The notes below the pieces were generated by a model. That model was not told where the DNA came from, searched no databases, and saw only the letters and a program-made list of their open reading frames with translations. The translations under genes were made by a program, and so were the position numbers. 64,000 nucleotides of DNA from Anolis carolinensis (Eukaryota): NCBI RefSeq assembly GCF_035594765.1, contig NC_085845.1, positions 29,506,024 to 29,570,023 on the forward strand, given 5' to 3'. Position 1 is the first letter of the stretch. Every line of letters starts with the position of its first letter. This document shows positions 34,463 to 48,279 of the stretch, piece after piece.

Positions 34463-37400
34463 TTGTGAATAAATAGTTTTGTACTAGTGAATTTTCAATT
34501 TTTACCCCCTGCATATTTTTTAAAATTAATTTGGTTTTGCTTCTATATGAAGTGGGCTATATGACATGCTTACAAAATGAAGTAGCTGATCTAGGATACC
34601 AACAATAGTCATCAACATCATCATGTTCTGATGATAATATCTCATAATGTATTATATATCCATCCACTGAGATTCATAGAGTTCAACAAGGAGAATTAGC
34701 AATTAGAACTGGACCACTGTGGAGTTTAGGGATTAATCTGCCATGGTGACAGCCATATTAGAGGGCCTGAATCAATAAGGAAAGTAGTGTACTTGAGCAC
34801 TTGCGATGCCAGCAGTACGCAATGAACTGCTGTGCCTTCCTGTCTCCATTCCACTTTGCTTAATTTTGTCTCTCTCCCAGTTGATCCTGCTGGCCACCTA
34901 CACACAACCTCAACAACCATAATCAGTGAACATGATCAAGTCTTCCACTGGAATTCCTTTCCACATCTCACCACCTGACTGCATCTATGTGTGGGTTCTC
35001 TAACCATAAGAAACTAATGTGGCAGAGCCCAACCTTCTTAATCTATCTCATAAACCCTAGGTTATTTGTAAGGCTAGAGTTCCTGTGGGCAGTCAGCAAT
35101 TTTCCACATTCCAGTTCTTACACCTACTTACTTGTAAACAATGCTGTTAGCGTCCCTTCCTGGTACTTGGTATGCTGCAAATGTCAGCATGGTATGTTAT
35201 ACTGCTGACAGAAACAACCTGAACATAGGTCACTCATGTGAAATAACCTATTTCTTCCCAAACAAACCCTTCCTCTCAGTATATTGCTACTTCTTTTGCC
35301 TTTGCCTTTGGGATCAGAATACTGTTTACCCTCAACTTTCATGGATTTCACATTCATGATTTTGGTTGTTTGCAAGTTTGTAGCTGTTGTCCAGCTATCT
35401 CAAACTCGTCCTCCTCCATCTTCTGTCCTGGCAACAGCACCACCCACAACTCTCTTTCTCACCTTGGGAACACAACACAACACCCCTGCCATATTTTGCA
35501 AAGCCTTTCCACCTTATTCTACACTTAAGATGATGTCAGAAGGAGAAGCCTTCCACATGGACATTCCTCTTTGTAGGCAATGCTTCGTGATTCCCTCAAT
35601 TCTAAGGAACAGAGCTATTGATTTCCATGGAAACATTGTTCAAAAAGATGCTTAAACCTATTGAAGGAAATAACTTCATCTCCAGAAATGAAGGTTTATG
35701 AAGTTCCTCTGCTTCCCTTCATATTGAAGTCGATGTTAGCAGAAGCACTACAAATCCACATGCACTTTGGGATAGTGCTTCGCGATCCCTCTGCTACTAC
35801 ATTCCATGTGCAAAAGCTTTTTTTGGGACAGTGCTTCCATGTAAGCCAATAGCTCTGTTCCCCGTAGATGGCATGATCACAAAACACTGTCCAAAAAAGT
35901 TATTGTGCACATGGAAGGTTTCTGTTAACACTGGTTTTGGTTTGGAGGGAAGAAGAGGGGCTTTACAAATCTGGCACCGGCATCATGAAGTGTAAGGGCA
36001 GGAAAGAGAGGTATGACTTGTACTGTTGGCAGGAAAGGAATGCATTTTTGGAAGGGGATTCATGATACTTGTAGCTTTTCCACTTTCAATGGGATTTGTA
36101 CCCCTAAACCTCACAAACACTAAGGGTCAGCTATGATTACATCTATCCCACACTACGTATTATAATTATGATTCTTTGATTCCATTCTAAGATTTCTCCT
36201 ATAATTTATGTACTGTAAATATAAACTATATTTATTCTACATTATGTTGCCCATTGCTGAGCTGACTAGCTGCTGGTGTAGTTTCCAGGCACACAGGTTT
36301 GCATTCCACTTTAGGAACAGAATAATTACACTTCTGTTAATAATTTAATAAACAAGCAAACACAAATTATCTGATCTGTTACCCCAGCCAGCCTCTTTCT
36401 GTTCCTCTCTGCCTGTGAGCAAAGTGGGGAACTATTGCTATCCCTGCTCCTGGGCATCAAATTTGGCCTGCCTCTTTGGGACCAGAATATAATTATATAA
36501 TAGAAGAACCCAAAGTAAAAACCAAACAAGCCAGTTACCAGCCTGCTGGCCTCCTGTTCAAGCAAAGGAAACAAATTCCTGGTATAAGTACCACCCAGAG
36601 CATCAGAGCTGATGACTTTGCCCCCATGTTTGAAAGCAATTACCGGTATATATATCTCATATTAACAATATAATAATCAACAACATCCATCACCAATGAA
36701 CTTACTGGCCTTATCTGCCTCCTCTTCCTCCTTTCAGTTCATAATTATTGTATGTACCCTAGAATCATAATTTGGTTACCAAACAATTGACTAACCTTCC
36801 AACCTTACATGGCCTTTGCCTGTGGCAGACTCTTTGGGAAAAGATACATCTAGTACTGCTGTGAAAATACATGTGTGTAAAGGAGGAACGGGAGCTCTTG
36901 CCTGCTTCTAGCCTGGCTCTCAGCTATGTCTGTGATGAACTTTTCCTTTCCTTTTGGAAGTGCTGAACATGAAAACAGAATTTTTCCTGCCTATCTTCTG
37001 TTTCAGTGAGCAAACAAAATGCCTTATGGTATATCCCGTCTCCCCCTTCTCAAAAAATCAACTCATAAACCTCCTGAGTTACTCATCATTCATATACTGA
37101 TTGAAGGTGTTTCATGACTGGAGCACTAATTCTTGAATCATTGCTGCTTTTGCAAACTATTGTGTCTTCAGTCCCTTCAGTCCCTTTTACATTCAAGCCC
37201 CCCTCATCCCAACACCAGCAGGAAGTTACATAGACAGTCATCATGGGACTCTGCCCTGCCACAGGGCACTAATGTACCCCTTTGATGTTCCCTACTGAGA
37301 AGCAAGAGAAACCAGACAGGACCTCCTGAGATGTATTCTTGTCATAACCTGGAGGGGAAGCTTGGAAAGACTTTTCAAGCCATAATGTTGTGACATCCTC

Positions 37401-37580
37401 AAAGGTCTCTGGATAATTCTGTGGCAGCTAGAAGGCATTAACTCATGAGACAGAAGGTTATGTTTTGGTCCTTCAAATGCATCATAAGGCCTATGACTCT
37501 CCCCAGCCCTGTTCTTCTTCCAAATAACCTTCAGTGAGGATAGGAAGGGAGAGCACTAGAGCTTCAGAAAAGGTTGTTTA

Positions 37581-37801
37581 CAGCCAATCCCTGATATCTG
37601 GTGTGGTTTAGTTACAGGAGGGATTGTGGATATCAAAATCCATGGATGCTCATGTCCTGTTATATGAAATGGTATAATTAAATGGAGACAATATAAAATG
37701 GCAAGAATATGGTTTGTGTCTGGAATTTTTGTTCTGAATATTTTCAAGCCATGGATAGTGAAATCCATTGGTGCAGAATCTGTGGCAAAAGAGGCTGACT
37801 G
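37581..37801. mobile_element. Tigger/pogo-type MITE
   Basis: TA|CAGCCAATCCCT ... GAGGCTGACTG|TA; internal AAAATCCATGGATGCTCA motif. Confidence 0.7.
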
Positions 37802-38305
37802 TATTTGAGCTTTTCACACACACACAGATGCAAGAAAGAGAGATACAGCCTTTCCCTTCTCCTAGAGTGCACTATCAAACAGTATCTCCTTGGTTGATAT
37901 TTGTGGGAGGGAGGGAGAACTGACTCTGACCACGAAAAGGCAAAACTTTCTAGAATTTACATCTAATTCTACTATTATACAATACTCCTGTTGGATGAAG
38001 ACAGTCTGAATGGCTTTCATGGCTAACAGTCACAGACCAATTCATCTACATTTGTTCATAAGATAATAATTCCACTGAGTCCTTGCCTCTGAGGTTGCCC
38101 CTAATCAGTCAATATAATAGTTTACAGCACTTTAGTTGATTGACAATGTGTATCTATTATTGCACCAACCATCCTGATTCAAGAGCAGCTTAACAAGCAT
38201 AAACATGAGCCTCCTGGGTTGAAAAACATTTATCCAAACAAGTACATCTTATGAAGCACAAGCCGCCATAATTGGAGAAAGGCAGTTTTCTCTTTCATTC
38301 TTGTT

Positions 38306-38456
38306 CTACAGTGCCATATAATCCAGGTTATCAAAGCAGATAATCCATATAATCTGATTTGAACTGGAATATATGAGACTACACTGCCATATAATCCACT
38401 TCAATCAAGTTCAAACCACATAATCTGGATTTTATTTGGCAGTGCAGAAGGGGCCT
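38306..38456. mobile_element. PIF/Harbinger-like MITE
   Basis: CTACACTGCCATATAATCC repeats; ends GGCAGTGCAGAAGGGGCC. Confidence 0.65.
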
Positions 38457-38495
38457 CAAAGCATACCAAGTTAACTGCAAATGTAAATGCATGTA

Positions 38496-38776
38496 CAGTA
38501 GTCTCTCACTTATCCAAGACTCACTTATCCAAGGTTCTGGATTATCCAAGGCATTTTTGTAGCCAATGTTTTCAATATATCACGATATTATTGCGTATTG
38601 AACTACTTTTTCTGTCAAATTTGTTGTATAACATGATGTTTTAGTGCTTAATTTGTAAAATCATAACCTAATTTGATGTTTAATAGGCTTTTCCTTAGTC
38701 CCTCCTTATTATCCAAGATATTCGCTTATCCAAGGTTCTGCCAGCCCATCTAGCTCGGATAAGTGACACTCTACTG
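38496..38776. mobile_element. Tc1/mariner/pogo-type MITE
   Basis: TA|CAGTAGTCTCTCACTTATCC ... GGATAAGTGACACTCTACTG|TA; subterminal TTATCCAAG repeats. Confidence 0.85.
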
Positions 38777-40541
38777 TATTTGCAATTTAAATGCTGCTGA
38801 GATTTTTAAGATTTGCACTGAGCCAAACAACTGTATTATGAATAAATCATTAAACAGCACCAGCAAAGGAGATGCACAGACAGACACACAAACAGGTGGC
38901 ACAAAATATAAGGAGAAAGGAGATGCTCAGAACCTTGTCTTCCTCATTAGGCAGTGATAGCTAAATATCAGGAACAAGGATATTTCCACCATGTTTTTAA
39001 ACTGCATGGCGAAAATAGTTTCCCAAACCTGTTTTAAAATGCTAAATTCTTATTTTGTGATATTTTTAGTTTCTGAATTAATATGGGTTTGGAAAAATGC
39101 AATATTTACTACTTACTCCATTCCTTTCAAAGAAGTGGCAATACAATTTGTATTTGTCATAGGAAAATCCAAATACAAGAGGGAGGCTAGGGAAACATTT
39201 ATTTCACAGAAAGGATACATCTTTGCATTTTCAATGGCTAATCATGCCATGCTTTGCATCTGAGGCAAATGGAACTGGCAAGGAGGAGGAGGAGGAGAGA
39301 CACTGTAGAGACAAGCATGATGATGTGCTGACAACAGGTCCTCTGGTAAACTGGGCACTGTTCAGATAAAGCCCTATATCCACAACTTTAAATTTTAATT
39401 TTGGAGCTCTGCTCCAACAATCTCACAGCCCAAAGATATTATTGAAAGGATGCTTCAAAATTGTTGGGACTACAACTCCCAGAATTCTCCCAGACCAGAA
39501 CAGTCAAGTTAGTTTTTTCACTTTTCTGTATCATTTTTTCCAAGTTCTATCTGTACCAATCTTTTCATATTGAGAGAGACCCTAACTCAATAAGAGAGTA
39601 AATGCTTTGCCTGCAGAAGGTCCCTGGCTCAACCCATGGCTTCCTCTCTTAAAAATCAAAGCTGGTGACAGGAAAAACCTCTTTGGAATGTAGACTTTGG
39701 TCAAAATTGAAAAAATAGGCTCTAGCCAAGTATAAAACAACTTCATAGGAACCACTTGGTTCCTTTGGTGCTTTTAATCAATCTCCTCCACCCAAGGAAC
39801 ACTTGTTCTCTTTCTCCCGGCAAATGAAGACCCTTTTTTGGTGAAGGCCTTTGAGATGTGGATTGTGTTAGCAGCAGATGTGTGAAGTGTCTACTGTTTT
39901 TTTAAACCATAAATCATTTATATTTTAAATATACTTAATTGTTTAATTGTGGTTTAGGAATACTGGTAGTTAATTATTTGTAACTTTTGTAGAATAGGGA
40001 TTTTAATGCAATATTGCTTTATAGTGTTGATAGCTGTGTTGGATGCCATCTCGGGAAGAATGAAGGGTATCAATTCAACAAATAAAGAAAATAATAAAAC
40101 ATGCATTGGGAAAATCTTGGGATAACCAATGGGGCTGATTCCTCCCACCATTTCTGAGTGTGACACTCTCTGCAAGCCATTGCTGTAGCGCTGATTCCGA
40201 AATTCTAAATTTCTATAGAAACACATTGGACAAAACTTTTATGGAACCGTTTACAAGATGCTTACTGAACAATACAGCAGTTTTGCTACAGCATTCATTT
40301 TCAATAGTCCTTGTATGGAAACATTGTCTAACAGAAATCCACAGGGTCTACATATTCATTTTAGCATTATCTCTTTTTTCAGCAAGACTGTTTTAATTTT
40401 TCTGCACAAACGATTAAAATACAGAACACATTTTAAAAAGAATACTATTGGAAGCCCTATAGCTTTATAAACAGAAAACGAAGAAAACAATTTTTAAGGG
40501 GAGAGAAAATAGTGCTTGCTAGTAATTAATGCAGAACTAAC

Positions 40542-40863
40542 CCCTGGTGGTGCAGTGGACTAAACCACGGAGCTGCTTAACTTGCTGACTGAAATCTGGG
40601 AAGTGGGGTGAGCTCCGACTGTTAGCTCCAGCTTCTGCCAACCTAGCAGTTCGAAAACATGCAAATGTGAGCAGATCAATAGGTACCACTCCGGCAGGAA
40701 GGTAACCACACTCCATGCAGTTATGCCGGCCACATGACTTTGGAGTTGTCTACGGACAATGCCAGTTCTTTGGCTTAGAAATGGAGATGAGCACCAATCC
40801 CCAGAGTCAGACACGACTAGACAATGTCAGAGGAAAATCTTTACTTTTACCTTTAACTGTCCT
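40542..40863 (+). mobile_element. Sauria-type SINE with 8-bp TSD
   Basis: Collinear with 26079 and 30397; GAACTAAC at 40534-40541 and 40864-40871. Confidence 0.88.
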
Positions 40864-43655
40864 GAACTAACAAAGGGTGCAATGGTGGGATTGAGGATTA
40901 AAACTACTTTTGCTATTCTGAGAATACAATGAGAAAATTAAAATTGGTTGGATCCGATAACTTCTGAGATTATTGGATTTGGAGGTGTTCTAATACTGCT
41001 AGCTCTACACCTGTGCTTCCTTCTGCAGTCAGCAGATGCTTGTTCACACTGCCTACAGGCCAATAAAGAGATTACTTCAAAGAAACCATAAACCTCCAGT
41101 GAACTTTCCTCCAATGAAATTTAACGCTGCAAAAGCTGCTGTGAACTTCATACAGCCCAGGAAACCTGGAACACAATGGAATGATATTTTACTGCAAAGG
41201 GTGGGGAACCTGCTGGTCAACTACTACTCCCAACTCGCTATCCTGTGCAGCAGGTCTGAGAATTAACATGTGGAGGAAACGTATTTATTGTAATTTGAGT
41301 GAAAATGCCTACTTCAGCATTCTTCAACCAGACACTCTCCAGCATTGCTAGACTACAACCTCCATCATTCCCAACCAGCTATCCAGGATGGAGCTCCAGG
41401 GTAGATGGATTTCGGACCAAGATTAAATATTGTAACACTCTGGGCCTTCTACACTTAACTAAATCCCAGGAGGAACTGGGATATAATAGCCTCCCACAAC
41501 CCCACATTTTCCCTCAGGGGTGGCAATGTGCCCTCCTGGTTCGTCCCCCCAGGAAATCCCTCCTCTCCCCTCCCAAATCTCCTGACGCATCATTTTCTCA
41601 CGTCATGAGAACTCTCCAAAGTGGCCTGCTCTGCTGGCATGCCACTCAAATAAGTTTTTGGGAGGAAATGGGGTCTGCCTTCCGATCTTTTCAAATACCT
41701 CCGTGGGAAATGGCAGTGATGACCAGGGTCATCTGGCTCCCTGAATTGGGATTAGTGCTTTTCCCTCTCTGTGAAATGACACTCGACTTATCCATGGGTC
41801 ATATCAAATTTTGTAATTTTGGCCACAAAATATGTCCTTGATTTATACATGAAGTCGACATCTTATATATGGTAGTCTTCTGAATGCAAATGGAATCTGT
41901 CTCCACTGTATTCTGATTCTAAATATATATATAATAATCCCCAAAGTATAAGTATCAAGTGTTCCTATCCCATGAAAACCTGTAGCCCTATCATTTCTTG
42001 GCAAAGCCTGGAATAAGTAGTAGGTCTCTGATTTAACTCTCTGATCCTGTGCCCTATCAATTTACATGGACTGGGAACTGAAAAACACTATTTCTGTGCA
42101 AGCTAGAAGTCTCTTCCTTAGCTGTGAATTCAACTTCACCTACCAGAATGAGAGCTGTGTGTTATTATCGTCATCTCAGAGCCCAGAAAGGTAAAGAGGA
42201 AAAAGACTATTAAAAATGAGAAATTGCTTCTTTCATATATCAGTGACAACTCTGTCTATTTCAGCAGAATAGATTTTTCTGCAGAAAGGCCACCCACAAT
42301 CTTGCCAATGTAGTGCAAGATGATTGTCTGCAGAATAGCAATGAGGAGGAAAGATTAAGTTATCTACAAACAGAAAATGCATCATTATACTGTAACTTAC
42401 AGTAAGTTCAGGTGCTGCAGTCTGCAAATGTTTTACTGAAACAGCTCAAGAAAGAACCTGTATCACTTGGAGTTTCTTTCTCTTCCAAATAGATCAATGT
42501 GCCTGTCTGTCTTGGGACCCTCAGAAATGGCATCAACACTTGATCCTTAACAACTAAACCAAGCACTTACCTATTGTATCTAGATCAAAAAAGGCAAACA
42601 ACAGAAGTATTCCCCACCCCAGAATGCCCTCAAGCCTACTATTTCTGTTAATGTTGACAGGTTTTCCTCACCCCAGAGCCTAGAGGTTTGATATTTATTC
42701 AAAACACTACCATAGTGAAGGATAAGCAAGAAGAACACCACACCTTGTTAACATGTTGTATCCTTCCTAACATCACAACAGAGATGTACCTCAGAACTTT
42801 GACATTTCATTTACTCGAAATGCTCACATCACAACTTTATAGCTCGATGATGCTCTCAAAGCAGCCTTCAAAGCATTACTTCAACAGCACACATTCTGTT
42901 TGCATGGACCAAAAAGATGTGATGCTCATGTGGTGCCAAGGTTATTAAGATAGAATTTCTTAATCTCATCACTAAACTTCATTAACTTTGTCATTTGGGT
43001 ACAGTCCCTTTGAGTTCCTCTGAAGCAAGAGAGTGTAGCCAAGGAAAATGGATCTTGTTCATCCCATGAAGGATGCAGTTCCTCCCTTGTGTGCCCTTCC
43101 TAGGCATGACTTCTTTTTGATAATCTACCTCCTGAGGCATCGGAACTCATTCAGCCTGTGCTGGAAGCAAGTCTTTCTTTGCTTTTCTTTGGTGATTTCA
43201 TTTCTCACTTCAGGCGCATCAAAGGCCCCTCACACATGAGCTAGCTGAAAGAACAAAACAACAAAAAGTCTTGTGGTGGCAATTTAACTGGCTGAGGCCA
43301 AGATTCAATCCAGAATTAGGATGATGAAATTTATCATGACAGAAGTTTTCTGGAACTTGAGTCCATTTGATCAGATGCTATTGGATTTCAGTCTATTAAA
43401 GTTTACACCTTAATACATTTCTTAGTAGTTTTTAAAGTGACAAAATTTCTTCCATCTTCACTGAAGCACAGACTGATACAAAATAGAAATAGATTCGAGA
43501 AGTGCAAAAATCTCCAAATCTTCACCATAACTGCGAGAATTTCTAGTTTACATATTAAACCAACTATGACAGAGAAAACCACAGGAATATAATTTAAAAA
43601 AATGCATCTACGTTTATCTTCCCAGCATACTCATGATTTTAAACACCTGATGTTA

Positions 43656-44546
43656 CTTTCACCCTCCCTATTCAACTTGTACGCAGAACACATCATGCGA
43701 CATGCGGGGCTTGAGGAATCCAAAGCCGGAGTTAAAATTGCTGGAAGAAATATTAACAACCTTAGGTAGGCAGATGACACCACTCTGATGGCCGAAAGCG
43801 AGGAGGAGTTGAAGAGCCTTATCACCAAGGTGAAAGAAGAAAGTGCAAAAGCTGGGTTGCAGTTAAACGTCAAGAAAACCAAGATCATGGCAACTACACC
43901 TATTGATAACTGGCAAATAGAGGGAGAAAGCGTGGAGGCAGTGACAGACTTTATATTTCTAGGCGCGAAGATCACTGCAGATGCAGACTCCAGCCAGGAA
44001 ATCAGAAGACGTTTACTTCTTGGGAGGAGAGCAATGGCCAACGTTGACAAAATAGTGAAGAGCAGAGACATCACACTGGCAACAAAGGTCCGCATAGTCA
44101 AAGCAATGGTATTCCCCATAGTAACCTATGGATGCGAGAGCTGGACCACAAGGAAGGCTGAGCAAAGGAAGATAGATGCTTTTGAACTCTGGTGCTGGAG
44201 GAAAATCCTGAGAGTGCCTTGGACCGCAAGAAGATCCAACCAGTCCATCCTCCAGGAAATAATGCCCAGCTGCTCACTGGAGGGAAGGATATTAGAGGCA
44301 AAGCTGAAGTATTTTGGCCACATCATGAGGAGACAGGAAAGATTGGAAAAGATCACGATGCTGGGGAAAATGGAAGGAAAAAGGAAGAGAGGCCGACCAA
44401 GGGCAAGATGGATGGATGGTATCCTTGAAGTGACTGGGTTGACCTTGAAGGAACTGGGGGTGGTGACGGCCGACAGGGAGCTCTGGCATGGGCTGGTCCA
44501 TGAGGCCACGAAGAGTCGGAGATGACTAAACAACAGCAGCAGGAGT
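43656..44546 (+). mobile_element. RTE-BovB LINE, 5'-truncated
   Basis: GVKIAGRNINNLR*ADDTTLMAESEEELKSL, YGCESWT, RKIDAFELWCWR, GKRKRGRPRARWMDGI. Tail GAAGAGTCGGAGATGACTAAACAAC; TSD CTGATGTTA/CCGATGTTA. Confidence 0.95.
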
Positions 44547-46133
44547 CCGATGTTAGAGTACTACTGAGCAACTTGTATATTGGTGGAACACAGGATGTGC
44601 AATGGAAGTCTGTCACAAAGTGGCAGTTGGGGGTTGAAAGTGTAACCTCTAATTCTCCCTCTATGCAAGAAGATAGACATAGTTCAGTGGCAGAGCTCAT
44701 TCATCCCAGCATTTCCAGGTAGGGCTGGACTACACTCTTGCCTGAAACCTCTGCAGATATACTGTGGGTCGGTACAGAGAACACACACCTAAATGGACCA
44801 ATGGTTTGAACTGGTAAAAGTCAGCTTTGTATGATTTACATTAACTGCCCTTCAAACCAACGTTCCTTTGTTAGTTCAGGGCAAGTAGGCCAAGTCTGGA
44901 CTAATTTTCCCTAAACTCACTACAGACCCCATCACTCGTAATTCTAAATCTAGAAATGGCTGGAATTCTATTTCAGGTTTCATAGCAATGCTGTTTGGAG
45001 ACAAAGGAGGAAAGAGGTTTTTTCTTTTTCTGCAGGTTTCCAAGCAGGGGAAATTCACAATTCCTGATAATTATATCTTAGTTTTTGCATGTCAGAGAGA
45101 ATTACATGTTGTCTACTTGCAGTTTAGAGTAGGAATGGTTTGAACAAGGAGCTTTAGTGCATTCATTTATATAAAACATGTTATCTGCAATTAATAACAC
45201 CAGGGGGTGAAAAATAAGAAGATTGGTACAAGAAATTGATAGTGATAACTGGGTCAAGTCCTTCCAAAAAGCATTTGCTGTTATGGAAGTGTTTAGTACA
45301 CACACAGGGAGAGGGCTCCTTGTGCCTGGCTCTGAGCAGCTTGCAGAGAAAGCTAAAAACACATCTTGACAACTCTGACCAGCATGCAGGCCAAATGGGA
45401 GCATCTTAGGATTTTGTGCCTAGTGCACTGTCAGAGCCAATTATATTGTGAAATAGTCACAGAAGCAGTACTTAAGAGTCTGAACACCACCATCGAAGTA
45501 GAGATAAAAATCAAATCAGTGTGTGTGGGGGTTGGGGTGGGGGCAATGGTGATTCAGCTGATTAAGGCAATGTTAGATTGACAAGTGTTTCTGACTATTA
45601 AAATCAATATGTGCAATCAGATCTCCATTTCATGCTGCTAAATTGGAAATACATCAACATCTCATTTCCTTTTCTTCAGGATGATCTATTAGTTTCCATT
45701 TTTTTCTGTATGACTGGATGGTCGTTTTTTTTTTTGGTAGCTTCTTAGAGATAATGGTCGAAAATCAAGTCAACATTTACAAATATTCTAGACACAGCTG
45801 AATGCTTATGGTGCATACAGATAAAACGTCTGTGATTAGCCAGCTTTGGAAGTGTACTTTCATTCCAGTTTTGGGTGGTCCTGTTTAGTCTTCTCCACTA
45901 CAATAAGCTTTGTAGACTTGTGCTTCTGTTTTATACCAGAAACCAGATTTGTATTTACTAACTGTCCCTTGAACCTTTCAGAAGCAGGGGGACTATGCAC
46001 AGTGGTGATCTGATTGCTCAACACAGTGCAGCTCTCATCTACCTGAATCTTTTTAAAAGTACAAATAAGAAACTATGTGCATTCTAGGAGCCTTTTACTT
46101 TTAGGAGCATCTAGTCAAACTGACATAGGAGAT

Positions 46134-46166
46134 GTGTTGTCAAAGGCCAGAAAACACACAACAACT
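46134..46166. mobile_element. 33-bp remnant of an inverted Penelope-like insertion with 14-bp TSD
   Basis: GTGTTGTCAAAGGC and CAGAAAACACACAACAAC match the two outer ends of 5381-5625; CTGACATAGGAGAT at 46120-46133 and 46167-46180. Confidence 0.7.
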
Positions 46167-46789
46167 CTGACATAGGAGATATTTCAGATGTCCTATTCAG
46201 TTTCCATACTATGCTAACCAACCATGATTTAAAGATCTTCCTGATTGTCTTCAACTCAGAATTTGTATTATTTTATTTATTTATTTATTGCATTTATATG
46301 CTACTTTTCTTCCAAAGTGGAACCCAAGGTAGCTTCCAGAGAAGCTAAATGACGGTGAAAACAGCTGCCTAATTTTTTTGGGAGGGATTCATTGAAAACC
46401 TATTCATTGTGTGAATGTCACTGAGCTACAGCCATCCCTCAAAAGTTTAAGTTTCATATATGACAACAGTTCACATACAGGTTCTCCCACTATAGACTCA
46501 GAAGAGCAAACAAAAGTTGTGTAGATGCTCTGTATCATTCTTCAAAGGGCAAGTCATAAAAGAAGATCATCAACCAGATAGGCATCTGTGTTTTTTTTTA
46601 CTACCTGAAAAGGAAAAAGTCCCTTCATCTTAAAGAGTTAATCCTACATCTAAAATTCTGCTAACACTGGAATGTGTGTTCTGGTAACATCATGTCATCC
46701 TCAAGTACCTGAGCAATATAGGTACCAATTAGTTGCTTCATTAATAGTTGCAAATTTGTAAAACCTTTCTAAGAATGCTTGGGCAATAG

Positions 46790-46990
46790 TAATAAATTTA
46801 TTCTTTGTATGCCGCCTCCATCTCCCCAGCTGGGGACTCGGGGTGGCTCACACAGAGAACAAGCCCAATATAATCACATAAAATAATAAAATAACAATTT
46901 AGACATCAGAAAACACAATTTAAAAACAATTAAAACAAGTCATAGTTAAAATCGACATAGTTAAAATGTTAAACAATCATCCAGGCATTA
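46790..46990 (-). mobile_element. L2-type 3' end
   Basis: AATAATAAATTTATT...GCCGCCTCCATCTCCCCAGCTGGGGACTCGGGGTGGCTCACA followed by the A-rich complement of the UTR. Confidence 0.7.
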
Positions 46991-48279
46991 AAGGTACAAT
47001 ATAAGATAACATCTGGGCGATAATCAAAACTGATTTAGGGAGTGTCTATTACAAATAGGACATACATCAAATAGATACAACTGGTAGGGAAGATAAATCT
47101 GAACGGGAATCAAACTAAAAAATAAGCAGGGCAAGTTTCAGTGTAGATATGGTTGTATGTTGAAAAAGCTTGATTGCATGTCATGATACAATTAAGTGAG
47201 GATATTATGCAGGGCCAAATTTCAGGATTGATCCTGACGTCTTTCTCAATGCTGTACTTCTAATGGTAAGGTCATTATCATTTTAAAGGAGGGCACCAGT
47301 GCCTTAAACAATTGTATGCCAAATTTAACAGGTTAATGTTGTATCACTTTTTAACTGATTAGGCCCTTTGGTTCTAATCCTGGGGAAAATCAGGGCATGA
47401 ATGAATATAACAATGGCAACACATGTTGTGCATAGGTCAACTCCAAATTGTTGAGTTGTTGAAGACCTGTGGAATATGTGAAATGTACCATTCAGAAATC
47501 TGTACTGAATCTGTGTTCACTTGTCATTCAGCAATAAATCCAACATGTCTGCGTTGAGACAAGCAGTTGAATTTTAACTGGAGTTTGCTGTGATGGAGTA
47601 CAATTAGCAAGAAAGTAAGACAAATATTGGGGGTATTGCGTCATAAGCTCATGCCAACCCCAGACTTATTATAGTCTTCATGAAAAGATGATAGTCCTAT
47701 GTCTCAAAAGAAACAGAAGCTATAGCTACCTGGTCATTTCAGTAATGTCTAGAAGGAAGAGGCTTAACAAGCTGTGACAAGATGGGAATCCCACTGCAGA
47801 GAGATCAGGACTGTCACCTCTAAGCATGATCTCTGTAACAAAAGTATATCTGACAGTTACAAGCATTCAAAGGCTGACTGGCAAAAGATCTAGGACACAG
47901 AAAAAGAAAAGGACATTTCTTTACAAACAACAAAATTATTTTCTGGAATTCATTGGCAATTCAAGAAAATGTGACAGCCACCAACTTCAGTGGCTTTTTA
48001 AAATGTTACAGATTCACAGAGTATAAAAACAAATTTTTTGCATGAAAGATCCCAGAAGGTAATGTGGGAAATCCAAAGGGAACTTTTCAAAGCTTTGCAA
48101 ATCCTTGGATAGTAGGTCTATTAGCAGTAGTTATCAATGAAAACTTAAATAAAGCCTCCATATGGATCAGAATTATGTTTATGAATATCAGATTCCAGAA
48201 ATAAACAACCTGAAAAGGAGGGGAGGACTCAAAATGTGGTTCTTCTACTCTATCCAGTGGGGACCAGACTAAACACTAT

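Noticed and set aside
41299-41841. 180-aa ORF
   Set aside because: No recognisable motif, non-ATG start, and it overlaps probable decayed transposon sequence.
43631-44533. Minus-strand ORFs of 162 and 135 aa
   Set aside because: Antisense shadows of the BovB reading frame.
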